Shown: in pieces, positions 26,476 to 39,199 of the stretch
Layout of the letters: each line of letters opens with the position of its first letter
Position numbering within the stretch: position 1 is the first letter of the stretch
Assembly: GCF_004010195.1 (NCBI RefSeq)
Contig: NC_057757.1
Span: 4,522,807 to 4,586,806, forward strand
Length of the DNA: 64,000 bases
Reading direction: 5' to 3'
From: Chiloscyllium plagiosum
Taxonomy: Eukaryota
Made by a program: the position numbers and the translations under genes
Notes under the pieces: model-generated
Told to the model about the DNA's origin: nothing
What the model saw: only the letters and a program-made list of their open reading frames with translations
Database searches by the model: none

Positions 26476-26898
26476 TTAACGTACCCAGAAGTGAAATCAT
26501 TTATTACTGAGAACACCTTTGTTAAAGGAAATACAAATTGCAACACTTATAAAACAAATTTTAAATAATTGAGGTTGCAGAAGTATCAGATGCTCACAAA
26601 TAGTACCTTTTTGTCAGTAAGGCATTTCTATAACTTTATCAAAATGTGTTTAATGCATGTATTAATTAGGGTCTGAAGTATTAGGAGTGTACAGCCATCA
26701 CATGCTGGTTGTTTAGATACACTCTCCACTCTATCGAAATAAATACTGGTGAATTGCTAAATGAGTTACCTTGTGCTTAGGAGTTAGAATATTTCTTAAC
26801 AAGAGAGAAGGTGGTGGAAACTTTAGAGCAGTGGGCATATCCTATAGACAGTTGTTAAAACTGAACCAGAAACAAGATGTTGATTTGCTATTATTTAC

Positions 26899-27493
26899 CA
26901 TCATCTTCATCCTCCATCATAGTTTCCTCCTCAAAATACTCGAGCTGTTCCAATTTTGTGGCTCGCTGTTTGAACCAGAGTGACCGAGGTGGTTTGTCAG
27001 GCTTCTTCTTGTTCTGTTTGCTGCTAGCTGTGACCTGAGACTCAAAGTCTTCAGTTACTGGGACAACAGTCTTTTTCCTCTTTGAGGGAGCCAGCTGAAT
27101 GGCTAGATTCGCGGTACCTTTGTCCATTCTATACTTGCTTAGCCCCATCTCCAAATCTTTCACATTCAGCCTTTCCAGCTGTTCACTTGCGACGCTAGTG
27201 GACTTCTTTTCTGCGTCCTGGTGTTTCTTGGATTTTAAATGGTTATCATAGGCATTGAATGTGACAAATCTTTTACCGCAAGAAGTGCAGTCTGTAGCAG
27301 TCCCCTTTCTCTTCTCTTCGACAGCTGATCTCAGGGCCAATACACGTTCTTGGAAGTTTTCAACTGTCACCGGAGGCATGTCTGCGACTTTACGCTTCAG
27401 GTTATATCTGAGCCAATCTGTTTTGTAGTGAGACCTCTGAATCTCAGCATCGCCAAAAGCCACATGACACGTGATGCAGGTGTAGGAAGACAT
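26899..27493 (-). pseudogene. ZNF622: ZNF622 first coding exon
   Basis: MSSYTCITCHVAF...HYKTDWLRYNLKRKVADMPPV...CTSCGKRF...NHLKSKKH; acceptor ttttgttttaag 2 nt before ATG implies an upstream non-coding exon; donor G|gtaaat. Confidence 0.93.
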
Positions 27494-27704
27494 TGCTTAA
27501 AACAAAAATAACATTTAGAACACAGAAAACGAAATCAGGCCCACAAAGAACAAGCATTATCACCACTTTCCATTACAAATCAAATCCAGAGTGCATGCAC
27601 AATTATCCTTGATATCAACAAGATCTGCTTCACCTCTTGGCTGTATTTATAGCTGCCTAGATCCCACACTCGAATTGTCTACTAAATCTCACTGGCTGTC
27701 TTCT

Positions 27705-28360
27705 CAGAGTCGTAGCGATGTACAGCATGGAAACAGGATCCTTCGGTCCGACTCAAGCATGCCAACCAGATATCCTAACTTAATCTAGTTCCATTTACCA
27801 GCACTACGCCCTTCCCATTCATATACCCATCCAGATGCCTTTTAAATGTTGTAATTGTACCAGCCTCAATCACCTCCTCTGGCAGCTCATTCCATACGTG
27901 CACCACCCTCTTGTGTGAAAAAGTTGCCCTCTAGCTCCCTTTTAAATTTTTCCCCTCTTGCCCTAAACCTATACCCTCTAATTCTGGACTTCCACACCCC
28001 AGGGAAAAGACCTTGACTACTTACCCTATACATGCCCCGAATGATTTTATAAACCTCTATAAAGGTCACCCATCAGCCTCTGACACTCTAGAGATAAGTC
28101 CCAGCCTATTCAGTCCCTCCCTGTAGCTCAAATCCTCCAATTCTGGCAACATCCTTGGAAATCTTTTCTGAACTCTTTCAAGTTTCACAACATTATTCTG
28201 AAGGGAGGGAGACCAGAATTGCACACAATATTCCAAAAGTGGCCTAACCAACAGCCACAACATGACCTATACTCAGTGCTCTGACCAATATAGGAAAGCA
28301 TACCAAACACCTTCTTCACTATCCTATCTACCTGCAACTCCACTTTCTAGGAGCTATGAA
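27705..28360 (-). mobile_element. CR1/HER1-type LINE 3' fragment
   Basis: LVRPLLEYCVQFWSP, LERVQKRF, IEVYKI, NFFTQ. Confidence 0.85.
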
Positions 28361-29059
28361 CCACTTTTAAGATGCTCCGTCAAGTTAAATCTCTTTGGCC
28401 AAGCCTTCTAATAGAATGTGTCAGACTTGTCTGGTGACACTTCTGGGAAATGTCTTGGAACATTTTATATTAACGGTGCTACATAAATGCAAGCTTGCTG
28501 TGACATCACTGATATACAACATACATAGCTTTTAGGGGACTTACGGTGGACATGATTGCAACACCACCTTTGGACAGAGGTGGGTGTGTGGGGGGGGGGG
28601 GGGGGGAGCTTGCTGGAGAGATGGAGACAGGAATTTCAACAGCTTTGCCCCTTCCCTACCCTACAATTTGTGGACTACTTTTTAAAAACTTTTATTGCTC
28701 TTAACTCAAGTATTTAGGACTCAAGTGAGACTCATGGCAAGTTCCTTTTAAAACAAACACTTTTCAAAAATCTCTTGTTTGGTTTCAAATGTTTTTTTTT
28801 TGTTAACCATTTGCAAAATCATCCACATTTTCAGATTAATTTTCCAAAGTCTCAGTTGAAAGGAAAACTCTGCAGGGGAGCAAAAGAGAACAATTACGGT
28901 TTTTAATTGCCAACATAAAAATGATTATGAAGATCTTTAAAAATAATGAACATTTTAAATCCAAAGGAGGAATGCATTGCATTGGCATGCCAACCAGTAT
29001 GCACGGTGCCTCCAACAACTGCACTGTGTTGCAGGTTAAAGGAAACGTTGGTTATCGGG

Positions 29060-30005
29060 AAGGGGGAACATCTCCGGGACGCCTGCACCAATCAACCACA
29101 CCGCCCCTGTGGCCCAACATTTCAACTCCCCCTCCCACTCTGCCGAGGACATGGAGGTCCTGGGCCTCCTTCACCGCCGCTCCCTCACCACCAGACGCCT
29201 GGAGGAAGAACGCCTCATCTTCCGCCTCGGAACACTTCAACCCCAGGGCAACAATCTGAACTTCAACAGCTACCACATTTCCCCTTCCCCCACCTCATCC
29301 TAATTCCAAACTTCCAGCTCAGCACTGTCCCCATGACTTGTCCAGACTTGTCCNNNNNNNNNNNNNNNNNNNNNNNNNNNNNNNNNNNNNNNNNNNNNNN
29401 NNNNNNNNNNNNNNNNNNNNNNNNNNNNNNNNNNNNNNNNNNNNNNNNNNNNNNNNNNNNNNNNNNNNNNNNNNNNNNNNNNNNNNNNNNNNNNNNNNNN
29501 NNNNNNNNNNNNNNNNNNNNNNNNNNNNNNNNNNNNNNNNNNNNNNNNNNNNNNNNNNNNNNNNNNNNNNNNNNNNNNNNNNNNNNNNNNNNNNNNNNNN
29601 NNNNNNNNNNNNNNNNNNNNNNNNNNNNNNNNNNNNNNNNNNNNNNNNNNNNNNNNNNNNNNNNNNNNNNNNNNNNNNNNNNNNNNNNNNNNNNNNNNNN
29701 NNNNNNNNNNNNNNNNNNNNNNNNNNNNNNNNNNNNNNNNNNNNNNNNNNNNNNNNNNNNNNNNNNNNNNNNNNNNNNNNNNNNNNNNNNNNNNNNNNNN
29801 NNNNNNNNNNNNNNNNNNNNNNNNNNNNNNNNNNNNNNNNNNNNNNNNNNNNNNNNNNNNNNNNNNNNNNNNNNNNNAATCATTTATCTCTCAACCCTGC
29901 AGACTTCCTGCCTCTATTCCTGATGAAGGGCTTTTGCCCGAAATGTCGATTTTTCTGCTCCTTGGATGCTGCCTGACCTGCTGTGCTTTTCCGGCACCAC
30001 TCTAA
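29060..30005 (+). mobile_element. Penelope-like element 3' end spanning a gap, with hammerhead motif at 29920-29947
   Basis: VAQHFNSPSHS..MEVLGL..RRLEEERLIFRLGTLQPQG (GIY-YIG C-terminus); CTGATGA-AGGGC-TTTT-GCCC-GAAA-TGTC. Confidence 0.85.
29354..29877. other. Assembly gap
   Basis: N run. Confidence 1.
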
Positions 30006-30364
30006 CTCAGACTCATAGGGAAAAGGCAGGCAAGTAGTGTTGCGGATTATCAAACCAGCAACAATTTCATTGAATAGGAGTGTAGACATGATGGGCAGAA
30101 TAGCGTTCGCTGTTCCTATGTCATATGATCTGGAGAGGCCCTCATTTTTAGAATTTTTTTTCTGGATTTGTAACTGAGTTGAAGTTACGAATTGAACATT
30201 GAACAGCAGCTCGCGCTGAAAGCAGAGAACTAAGGCAGCTGCTTGCTACTGAGAATTGGCCTGGACAATACTGCAACTTAAATAATATTCCAAGGATACT
30301 GTAGATGAACTATCACCAAACTGTTGTTTATACTCAGGGCTGGCAGCTGGGTTTGGTAGGGAGA

Positions 30365-31490
30365 ATAAAGGTATGGATTATTTTCTAAACGGGGAGAAAA
30401 TTCAGAAGTCTGAACTGCAAAGAAACTTGGGGGCTTCTAGTCCAGGATTCTCTCAAGATAAACTTGCAGATTGAGTCAGTGGTTAGGAAGGCAACTGCAA
30501 GTGGCATTTATTTTGAGAGCACTTGAATATAAAAGCAGGATTGAACTTCTGAGGTTCTATAAGGCTCTTGTCAGGCCACATTTATTTTTTCTTTATTCGT
30601 TCATGGGATGCTGGCGCTGCTGGCTCGGCAGGATTTATTGCCCATCCCTAATTGCCCACAATAATTAAGAGTCAATCACATTGCTGTGGGTCAGGAGTCA
30701 CATGTAGGCCAGACTAGGTGAGGACAGTAGTTTCCTTCCCTAAAGGACATTAGTGAACCAGATGGGTTTTTCCAACAATCAATAAAGGATTCATGGTCAC
30801 CATTAGATTCTTAATTCCAGATTCCTTTTTGAATTCATATGCCACCACCTGTCATGGTGGCATTTGAGCCTAGGTCCCCATTGTTTGGGTCTCTGGATAA
30901 CAGTCCAGCAATCATACCGCCAGGCTATCATCTCCCTATTTGGAATATTGCGTGCAGTTTTGGGCCCCACATCTCAGGAAAAATGTACTGCCCCTGGAGT
31001 GTGCTCAGAAGAGGTTCACGAGAATGGTCTCAGGAATGAACAGCTTAATACATGAGGAATGTTTGAGAACTCTGGGTCTATATTTGATGGAGTTTAGAAG
31101 GATAATGGGAGATCTAATAGAAACTTACACAGTACTGAACGGACTGGGAAGTGTGGACGTTGGAAAGATGTTTCCATTGGTAGGAGAGACCAGGACCCGA
31201 AGGCATAGCTTAAGAGTAAAGGGGAGACCTTTTAGAACAGAGATAAGGAGAATCTTCTTCAGTCAGAGGGTGGTGAATCTATGGAACTCACTGCCACAGA
31301 AGGCTGTGGAGGTCAGGTCAATGAGTACATTTAAGACAGAGATGGATCGGTTCTTGAGTATCAAGGGGATCACGGGTTACGGGGAGAAAGCTGGAGAATG
31401 GGGTTGAGAAACCTGTCAGCCATGATTGAATGGCAGAGCAAACTCGATGGGCTGAATGGCCTAATTTCTGCTCCTGTATCTTATGGATTC
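30365..31490 (+). mobile_element. CR1-type LINE 3' part interrupted by a tRNA-derived SINE of a second family (30583-30935, - strand)
   Basis: YKALVRPH / LEYCVQFWAP...FFSQRVVNLWNSLP split by the insertion; SINE head GGGAGATGATAGCCTGGCGG on -. Confidence 0.85.
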
Positions 31491-32209
31491 ATGAATCAAG
31501 GGATGGACTGGTGTTAACCAGCCAATCAGACAGAACCCTAATTACAAAAGATAAAAAGAACAATTCTGAATGGATTTTGGGAAACTTTCAGTGACTTAGT
31601 GTTTTTGCTTTCTCTAGTTTTCTATCAAGTTATCAAATTGAAAATTCTGAGAAAAGAATCCCAGTCTTGTAAGAAATAAATCATTATTTCCAAACTTCTG
31701 ATGAAACTGTTTGTATTAATTGGTAACTTCAAAATTCAAGATAAATACTTCTATGAGCACGTGAACAACCCAGTGTCCAACAATTTCATAAAAGTCAGGC
31801 ACTCATCATTTGAGTCGTAATTTTTAGTGTTCAATGAGCAGTTGCTTTACTTTCTTTTTAATTTCTCCCTTAACTGTGTCTATCTACTTCGGTATGTGAA
31901 TGAGAGTCAGACCATAGATATTAGATTTCCTCATTATTTTTGTTCTGCGAAAGTTACATTATTTCACAAAAATTAAACAATTTAAACTTGGCAAAAATCT
32001 ATTATTCTTAGTCTGGTTAGGAACGATTAGGCAATATTAAGATATTTCAGTATATTGCAAACTCAGTGATAGGCTGATTTGGTTCAGCTGCCAATTCCTG
32101 TATCCACCAGTGTCCAACACTGGCACCTCCACAACATATCCCTATATCACAACATGTCCTAGTAACAGAGGGGTAAGGTGGGTGTGGTACGGGAAGTGAG
32201 GAAATCCTT

Positions 32210-32515
32210 TATCCCAGTTCCAACCTACCACTCAGCACCGCCCTCGTGACCTGTCCTACCTGTCCATCTTCCTTCCCACCTATCCACTCCACCCTCCCCT
32301 TCGACCTATCACCTTTACCCCCGCCTCCATCCACNNNCCCCACCCCTCCCCCATTTATCTCTCCACCCCCGAGGCTCCCAGCCTCATTCCTGATGAAGAG
32401 CTTTTCCCCGAAACGTCGATTTTTCTGCTCCCCGGATGCTGTCTGGCCTGCTGTGCTTTTCCAGCACCACACTCTCGGCTCTAATCTCCAGCATTTGCAG
32501 TCCTCACTTTTGACT
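32210..32515 (+). mobile_element. Penelope pLTR with degenerate hammerhead motif (32390-32417)
   Basis: Same family as 29280-30005; CTGATGA...GAAACGTC. Confidence 0.75.
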
Positions 32516-33261
32516 ATGTCCTCATAACAACCAAACGGGAGCTATGGTAGGGCAGGTTCCCTACACCACAATAACGATGATAGCGCTAATGCTGTAAATA
32601 TTGTTTCACTACTATACTTTTGACGTTCAGTGAGGCTACAAACCCTCAAGATGACTGGGGTAAAGGAGTATCTGTGGCAATTGCATTGGCTTGGACCTTC
32701 TGAAAGAAAGGTTGCTGTTGCATTTGTTCATTTGGACCTTGTAGATGGCATTTTGCAGCAGACTGTGATGGAATTGCCAAGAAAATTGAAGCTCCCACGA
32801 CAACCCAAAACTCTCTGAAAACTTCCCTGATTCTGAGCTCGAGGTGCAGAATTCCAACTCACCTACCTGAACAACTTGCTCCAGTTAGAGGGATTCAAAT
32901 ATACGCTCTCCTGTCTAAATTATAAAGCTGGTGCTCGCCACCACTCAGTGATGTCCTGATGCTGTGAATGAACACAGGAAATTAAGATAAAACCCACACT
33001 TACTGCTGAAAGGAAAATGGGTGATATTTCAGTACTGAATGACCCTGTGTGCATTCCAACAAGCTCCTTATCCCTGGAAGAATCCAGGAGTCAAAATCAT
33101 GGAATTCCGAATGGGGGGTGGGGGGGTCATTCAACTGTTTGAGTCTTTACTGAGCCTGAGAAGAGCATTCCCCTCCACCATACTATTCTTTCTCCAACCC
33201 CTCCCTGACCGCAGCCAGTCCATTACCCTCCCCGAACCCGCACTGACTGCGGACAGACCTC

Positions 33262-34051
33262 NNNNNNNNNNNNNNNNNNNNNNNNNNNNNNNNNNNNNNN
33301 NNNNNNNNNNNNNNNNNNNNNNNNNNNNNNNNNNNNNNNNNNNNNNNNNNNNNNNNNNNNNNNNNNNNNNNNNNNNNNNNNNNNNNNNNNNNNNNNNNNN
33401 NNNNNNNNNNNNNNNNNNNNNNNNNNNNNNNNNNNNNNNNNNNNNNNNNNNNNNNNNNNNNNNNNNNNNNNNNNNNNNNNNNNNNNNNNNNNNNNNNNNN
33501 NNNNNNNNNNNNNNNNNNNNNNNNNNNNNNNNNNNNNNNNNNNNNNNNNNNNNNNNNNNNNNNNNNNNNNNNNNNNNNNNNNNNNNNNNNNNNNNNNNNN
33601 NNNNNNNNNNNNNNNNNNNNNNNNNNNNNNNNNNNNNNNNNNNNNNNNNNNNNNNNNNNNNNNNNNNNNNNNNNNNNNNNNNNNNNNNNNNNNNNNNNNN
33701 NNNNNNNNNNNNNNNNNNNNNNNNNNNNNNNNNNNNNNNNNNNNNNNNNNNNNNNNNNNNNNNNNNNNNNNNNNNNNNNNNNNNNNNNNNNNNNNNNNNN
33801 NNNNNNNNNNNNNNNNNNNNNNNNNNNNNNNNNNNNNNNNNNNNNNNNNNNNNNNNNNNNNNNNNNNNNNNNNNNNNNNNNNNNNNNNNNNNNNNNNNNN
33901 NNNNNNNNNNNNNNNNNNNNNNNNNNNNNNNNNNNNNNNNNNNNNNNNNNNNNNNNNNNNNNNNNNNNNNNNNNNNNNNNNNNNNNNNNNNNNNNNNNNN
34001 NNNNNNNNNNNNNNNNNNNNNNNNNNNNNNNNNNNNNNNNNNNNNNNNNNN
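33262..34051. other. Assembly gap
   Basis: N run. Confidence 1.
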
Positions 34052-35072
34052 CAGAGGAGGAGGTTTTTGAGAAAATCAAAAAGGGAGTGCAAACGCCCAC
34101 ACCCAATATACACGTGGTCCACGGACTCCACAGCGCCACAGGACAAGCAGTTGGGCTGGGGGTCCGTGAACCACCGCAATCTGCGGTTGCAGGGGACTGC
34201 TGCGTGCAGCACCCTCCACCCCAGATCCCCGAGAGAAAGGGGGAGGACTCCCGCGTAGAGAGCCCTCCACTGGGGATCCCCACCGCCCGGTGGCAAATGG
34301 GCTCGCCAAGGCGTGTCCGGACGGTGGATGAGGGAGAAGAGGTGGACGGTGTGCAGCAGCAGTCGATACAAGGCCCACCTTTTTACGTCCTCAAAAGGGC
34401 ACAGACCTTATTTTTTCCTTTCCCCCCCACACTACCGCCTAACTGTGGTGGTGCTTATTATTTTTTTCCCAGCACCCATGGTGTGTGTGTGCAGGTGTAA
34501 GACACTGTGAGAGACACAAAGTGCACGAATCTTTATTCAGTTTCCACCACCAGGAAGACAGGAAAACACCCGGGTGGCCAGTGACAAACACTGCCCTTCG
34601 CATCAAAGGGCAGTGCTGTGTGATCAAAACAGTGAAGGGGTGGGTGGGGACTAAATCAAAATAGAGTTGGAGGGAGAAATGATGCACTCCACTCCCTGCG
34701 GCGACCACCTCTCCATGAACAACTCCAGGGTGTTGGTCGACGCCGCGTGCTCCTTCTCCAAGGACACCCGGGCCCTAACGTAACCACGGAAGAGGGGCAG
34801 TCAGTCGGCCCTAACGACCCCCTCCACGGCCCGCTGCCTGGACCTGTTGATGGCCAGTTTGGCCAGGCCCAGGAGCAGACCCACGAGGAGGTCTTCAGAC
34901 CTGCCCTCCCTCCTCCGTACCGGGTGCCCGAAGATCAGGAGCGTGGGACTGAAGTGCAACCAAAAGCAGAGGAGGAGGTTTTTCAGAAAATCAAAAAGGG
35001 AGTGCAAACGCCCACACCCAATATACACGTGGTCCACGGACTCCACGGCGCCACAGAACAAGCAGTTGGGCT
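34052..35072 (-). mobile_element. Two adjacent 3' fragments of a Tx1-clade LINE (zinc-binding C-terminal domain)
   Basis: DLGWRVLHAAV..NCLSCGAVESVDHVYIGCGRL in both pieces (34052-34372 and ~34375-35072); AATAAA on - at 34532-34537; CpG-rich. Confidence 0.8.
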
Positions 35073-35342
35073 GGGACAGACAGATTTTTAATCACTATGT
35101 GAATCAAGCAATATAGGGATACGTCAGGATAGTGGAATTCCTGTTTATCCTATTGCATCCTTCTGGAATATTTAAATCACACCCAATATACACGTGGTCC
35201 ACGGACTCCACGGCGCCACAGAACAAGCAGTTGGGCTGGGACAGACAGATTTTTAATCACTATGTGAATCAAGCAATATAGGGATACGTCAGGATAGTGG
35301 AATTCCTGTTTATCCTATTGCATCCTTCTGGAATATTTAAAT
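35013..35342. repeat. 165-bp tandem duplication
   Basis: 35013-35177 = 35178-35342. Confidence 0.9.
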
Positions 35343-36024
35343 AGCAGGTGAAGAAACAGCACAACCTGCTCCAGGTGGTGATGCTAACAAGCCCCCTGGA
35401 GATCACAGGCAATATCTCCACTCCCCCACACACAAACTAATTCCCCAACAACAACATCTCAAACTTACACATTCTTATCGTTACCAACCCAGTCACTGAA
35501 ATCAAAAAGGCCAGATCTGTAATGGTGATAAAATCCACCAGCTCTGGTGGAAATATCAGTGTTTATATGATTTTAAAGACACCATAGATGCAGAGAATTA
35601 TAGGACTGCTGTCTCATTAGTGAGGGAGATGATCAGTGGTGGATAAACCTAAGGGCCCCCAGGCCTCAGGTGACGGGAGAGTTCAAGAAGGTAGAACAAC
35701 GCTATTTGAAATGATATGGAATTCCAGTGCATTTTAAACTCATGAACTGTGAATGGAGAGAAGAGACAGAAGGCAAAATCTGTTGCTCTGAGACACGTTG
35801 TCTCACAATCCCAATAGTCAAATCTAATATGTATTTTCACCCACAATTTGTGTCTCTGAGTGTGTTCTTTGAAGGGAACACATCCATGGTTCAGGTGAGA
35901 GCAAAAACACCCAAAGGCAACAAGCTTAATACTCCAGCTCAGGATCTGAATCATTCAGCGCTTCCCATTCTGGCAGAAATGTGATGAGATCTAACTTGAA
36001 GGTGCAAAAAAGGACCTCTTTTAC

Positions 36025-36640
36025 ACTGAGTCACAGAGATGTACGGCACAGAAATAGACCCTTCAGTCCAACTAGTCTATGCCGACCAGATATTCTATCC
36101 TAATCCAGTCCCATTTTCCAGCACTTGGCCATTTCCCTGTAAACCCTTCTATTCATATACCCATCCAGAAGTGTTTTAATTGTACCAGCCTCAATCACTT
36201 CCTCTGGCAGCTCATTCCATACATGCACCAACCTCTGTGTGAAAAAGTTGCCCCTTAGAACACTTTCATATCTTTCCCCTCTCACCCTAAACCTATGCCC
36301 TCTAGTTCTGGACTTCCCCACCCCAGGGAAAAGACATTGTCTATTTATCCTATCCATGTCCCTCATAAGTTTATAAACCTCTATAAGGTCACCCCTCAGC
36401 CTCCGACGCTCCAGGGAAAACAGCCCCAGTCTATTCAGCCTTTCCCTATAGTTCAAATCCTCCAACCCTCACAACATCCTTGGAAACCTTTTCCGAACAC
36501 TTTCAAGTTTCCCAACATCTTTCCGAAAGGAAGGAGACTAGAATTGCATGCAATATTCCAAATGTGATCTAACCAATGTCCTGTACAACCGCAACATGAC
36601 CTCCCAACATCTATACTCAATACTCTAACGAATAAAGGAA
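36025..36640 (-). mobile_element. CR1/HER1-type LINE 3' fragment
   Basis: LNRLGLFSLERRRLRGDLIEVYK...NFFTQRLVHVWNELP. Confidence 0.9.
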
Positions 36641-36717
36641 AGTTTTGCACCTTCATTAGTATGTACATCCACATACTGAATCAAAAAGTTTTCTTGTCCA
36701 TACTTAACAAATTTCTG

Positions 36718-36857
36718 ATCTCTGATCCGATTCCTGAAGAAGGGCTAATGCCCGAAACGTCGATTCTCCTGTTCCCTGGATGCTGCCTGACCTGCTGCGC
36801 TTTTCCAGCAACACATTTCCATCTCTGATCTCCAGCATCTGCAGACCTCACTTTCTC
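36718..36857 (+). mobile_element. Penelope pLTR insertion with hammerhead motif (36734-36761)
   Basis: CTGAAGA-AGGGC-TAAT-GCCC-GAAA-CGTC; 15-bp TSD CTTAACAAATTTCTG at 36703-36717 and 36858-36872. Confidence 0.8.
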
Positions 36858-36919
36858 CTTAACAAATTTCTGTCCATCTAAACCCTTAACAGTATGGTGG
36901 TCCCTGTCTATATTTGGAA

Positions 36920-37225
36920 AGCATGGTGACTCCGTGGTTAGCTCTGCTGCCTTACAGCACCAGGATCCCAGGTTTGATTCCAACCTCGGGTGACTGTCTA
37001 TGTGGAGTTTGCACACTCTCCCTGTGTCTGTGTGGGTTCCCTCCGGGTGCTCCAGTTTCCTCCCACAGTCCAAAGATGTGCAGGTCTGGTGAATTGGCCA
37101 TGCTAAATTGCCTTTAGTGCTAGATGCATTAATCAGCGGGTCTGGGTGGGTTGCTCTTCGGAGGGTCGGTGTGAACTGGTTGGGCTGAAGGGCCTGTTTC
37201 CACCCTGTAGGGAATTGAATTGAAT
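36920..37225 (+). mobile_element. HE1-type SINE
   Basis: Family head, central domain and tail. Confidence 0.85.
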
Positions 37226-37227
37226 AA

Positions 37228-38650
37228 AAAACCCCACCCTATTATTCTTACAGATAACTGAAATCTTCTTGCAAATTTGTTTCTCAATTTCCCACTGACT
37301 TTTAGGAGATCTATAATTCAATCCCAATAAGATGATCATCCCTTTCCTATTTCTCAGTTCCACCCAAGTAACGTCCCTGGATGTATTCCCAGGAATATCA
37401 TCCCTAAGTACAGCAGTAATGCTATCCCTTTTCAAAAACACCACTCCCCCTCCTCTCTTGCCTCCTTTTCTGTCCTCCCTGTAGCATTTGTATCCTGGGA
37501 TATTAAGCTGCCAGTCCTGTCCATTCCTGAGCAACGTGTCTGTAATTGCTACATTATCCCAGTCCCATGTTCCTAACCATGCCCAAAGTTCAAAGCAAGA
37601 GGCCTAACAGGGAAGGCAAATGAAGTAAATGCAGTTAACTTATCAGTCCTACCTTGTTCTTTGCTTTGTCCCTGCCTGCCCTGACTGACTTGCTCCTTTT
37701 CTCAGCTGTACCAGTCTCAGGTTGATCTCTTTCCTCAGTATCTCCCTTGGTCTCACTCCCCCCCACACCTTACAAAAAGGTAAACCCTTCTCCCATGCAC
37801 CAGCTCCTCAGCCAAGCATTCATCTGCTTTATCTCCTATTCCTGCCCTCACTAGCTCGTAGCACTGGGAGTAATCCAGATATTACTACCTTCGAGGACCT
37901 CCTTTTTAAATTTCTGCCTAACTCTCTGTATTGTCTCTTCAGAATCTCATCCTTTCCCCTTCCTATGTCGTTGGTTCCAATGTGTACAATGACCTCTTGC
38001 TGGTCCCTTTTCCTTTGAGAACATTCTGCATACTCTCTGAGACATCCTTGATCCTGGCACCAGGGAGGCAACACACCATTCTGTTTTTGCGCTGCTGGCC
38101 ACAGAAACATTGGTCTGTGCTTCCAACTAGAGAGTCACCTATTACAATCGGTTGCTTGGACCCCGATGCACGCCTCATTACATTAGAGCCAGTCTCGATA
38201 CCAGAAACTTGGCTGTCTGTGCCACATCCCCTGAGAATCCATCACTCCCTACATTTTCCAAGGCATGCTTGTTTGAAATGGGGAGAGCCACAGAAGACTC
38301 CTGCACTACCTGCCTACCTCTCTAACCTTTCCTGGAGTTAACCCATCTATCTGACTGTCTGTGTCTGTGTCTTTTGTCCCTTCCTATAACTGCGATCCAT
38401 CACACCCCCTTGCTCTTGTAAATTCCTCAGTGCCTCTAAGTGCTGCTCCAACTGATCCATTCGATCTGATAGGATTTGCAACCAAAGACATTTCCTGCAG
38501 ACATAATCCTCGGGAAGATGTAAACTCTCCCTAAACTCCCACATCCAATAAGAAGACTGCATGACTCTATTAAAGGCCATCTTTGCACCTTAACAGTTTA
38601 CAGACCCAGAAAATAGCTCTGTAAAAAAGAAACACTGCTCCAGGCTAACT
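37228..38650 (-). mobile_element. CR1-type LINE 5' region: ORF1 (Cys motif and SGNH esterase) and start of ORF2 endonuclease
   Basis: DYVCRKC; VIGDSLV, CLPGARIKDV, IVHIGTNDI, VVISGLLPV (esterase); WQLNIPGYKCYREDR..GGGV, WVEL (APE). Confidence 0.85.
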
Positions 38651-38757
38651 TTATACTCATGGCTTTTCCCTTTTTGCCATGCTTTGAGTCACCTTGTGAA
38701 ACCAGGCATGAAATATTCATCGTGCAAAGACTCCCACGAAGTGCAATGGGAAAAATT

Positions 38758-39168
38758 AATGCAACTTGTGACAGAAAATTTCCTTAAAGCATGAAATCCC
38801 AGTGAGAAATACCAGGAGCTGCAGGAAGTTGAGGGGGGAGGCTGCAACTCTTATTGCAGCCACAAGGTGGAGCTAGAGCCTGGCGATCAACAAGAAGCTG
38901 ATGGCTCCCAGGATGAGCTACAGGCGCCCTCTGCTGCTCATCAGAAAACCTGCAATACCCTCTACTGCAACAATTGAATTCGCCCCTCACCGCACTCCCA
39001 GGCACTGTCTTCCAGGACACAACTACTCAATGCACGACAAAGTACTTTTATCCCTCCACTTTGTGGCTGCAATAAGAGTTGCAGCCTCCCCCCTCAACTT
39101 CCTGCAGCTCCTGGTATTTCTCACTGGGATTTCACACTTTAAGAAAATTTTCTGTCACAAGTTGCATT
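38758..39168. repeat. Long inverted repeat, ~115-bp arms, ~180-bp spacer
   Basis: 38758-38872 is the near-perfect reverse complement of 39054-39168. Confidence 0.9.
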
Positions 39169-39199
39169 TTCCTCTTTTGCAGGTTTTGTTAAATCTGCA

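Larger units (their letters stand above)
11298..27493 (-). pseudogene. ZNF622: ZNF622 (Rei1 homolog, 60S maturation factor), six coding exons, probably an unprocessed pseudogene
   Basis: Exons 27493-26899, 25985-25745, 23028-22874, 19478-19366, 12713-12573, 11432-11298 translate to ZNF622 along its length; two +1 frameshifts, damaged exon-3 acceptor and exon-4 donor. Confidence 0.9.

Noticed and set aside
11298..27493. ZNF622 as a processed retrocopy or as a programmed-frameshift gene
   Set aside because: Introns are retained, and several unrelated lesions point to decay or error, not recoding.
28579..28607. Poly-G tract as a functional G-quadruplex
   Set aside because: Simple homopolymer with no supporting context; length unreliable.
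28946..34371. Long ORFs of 200-380 aa
   Set aside because: Artefacts of N gaps; real portions are Penelope or Tx1 fragments.
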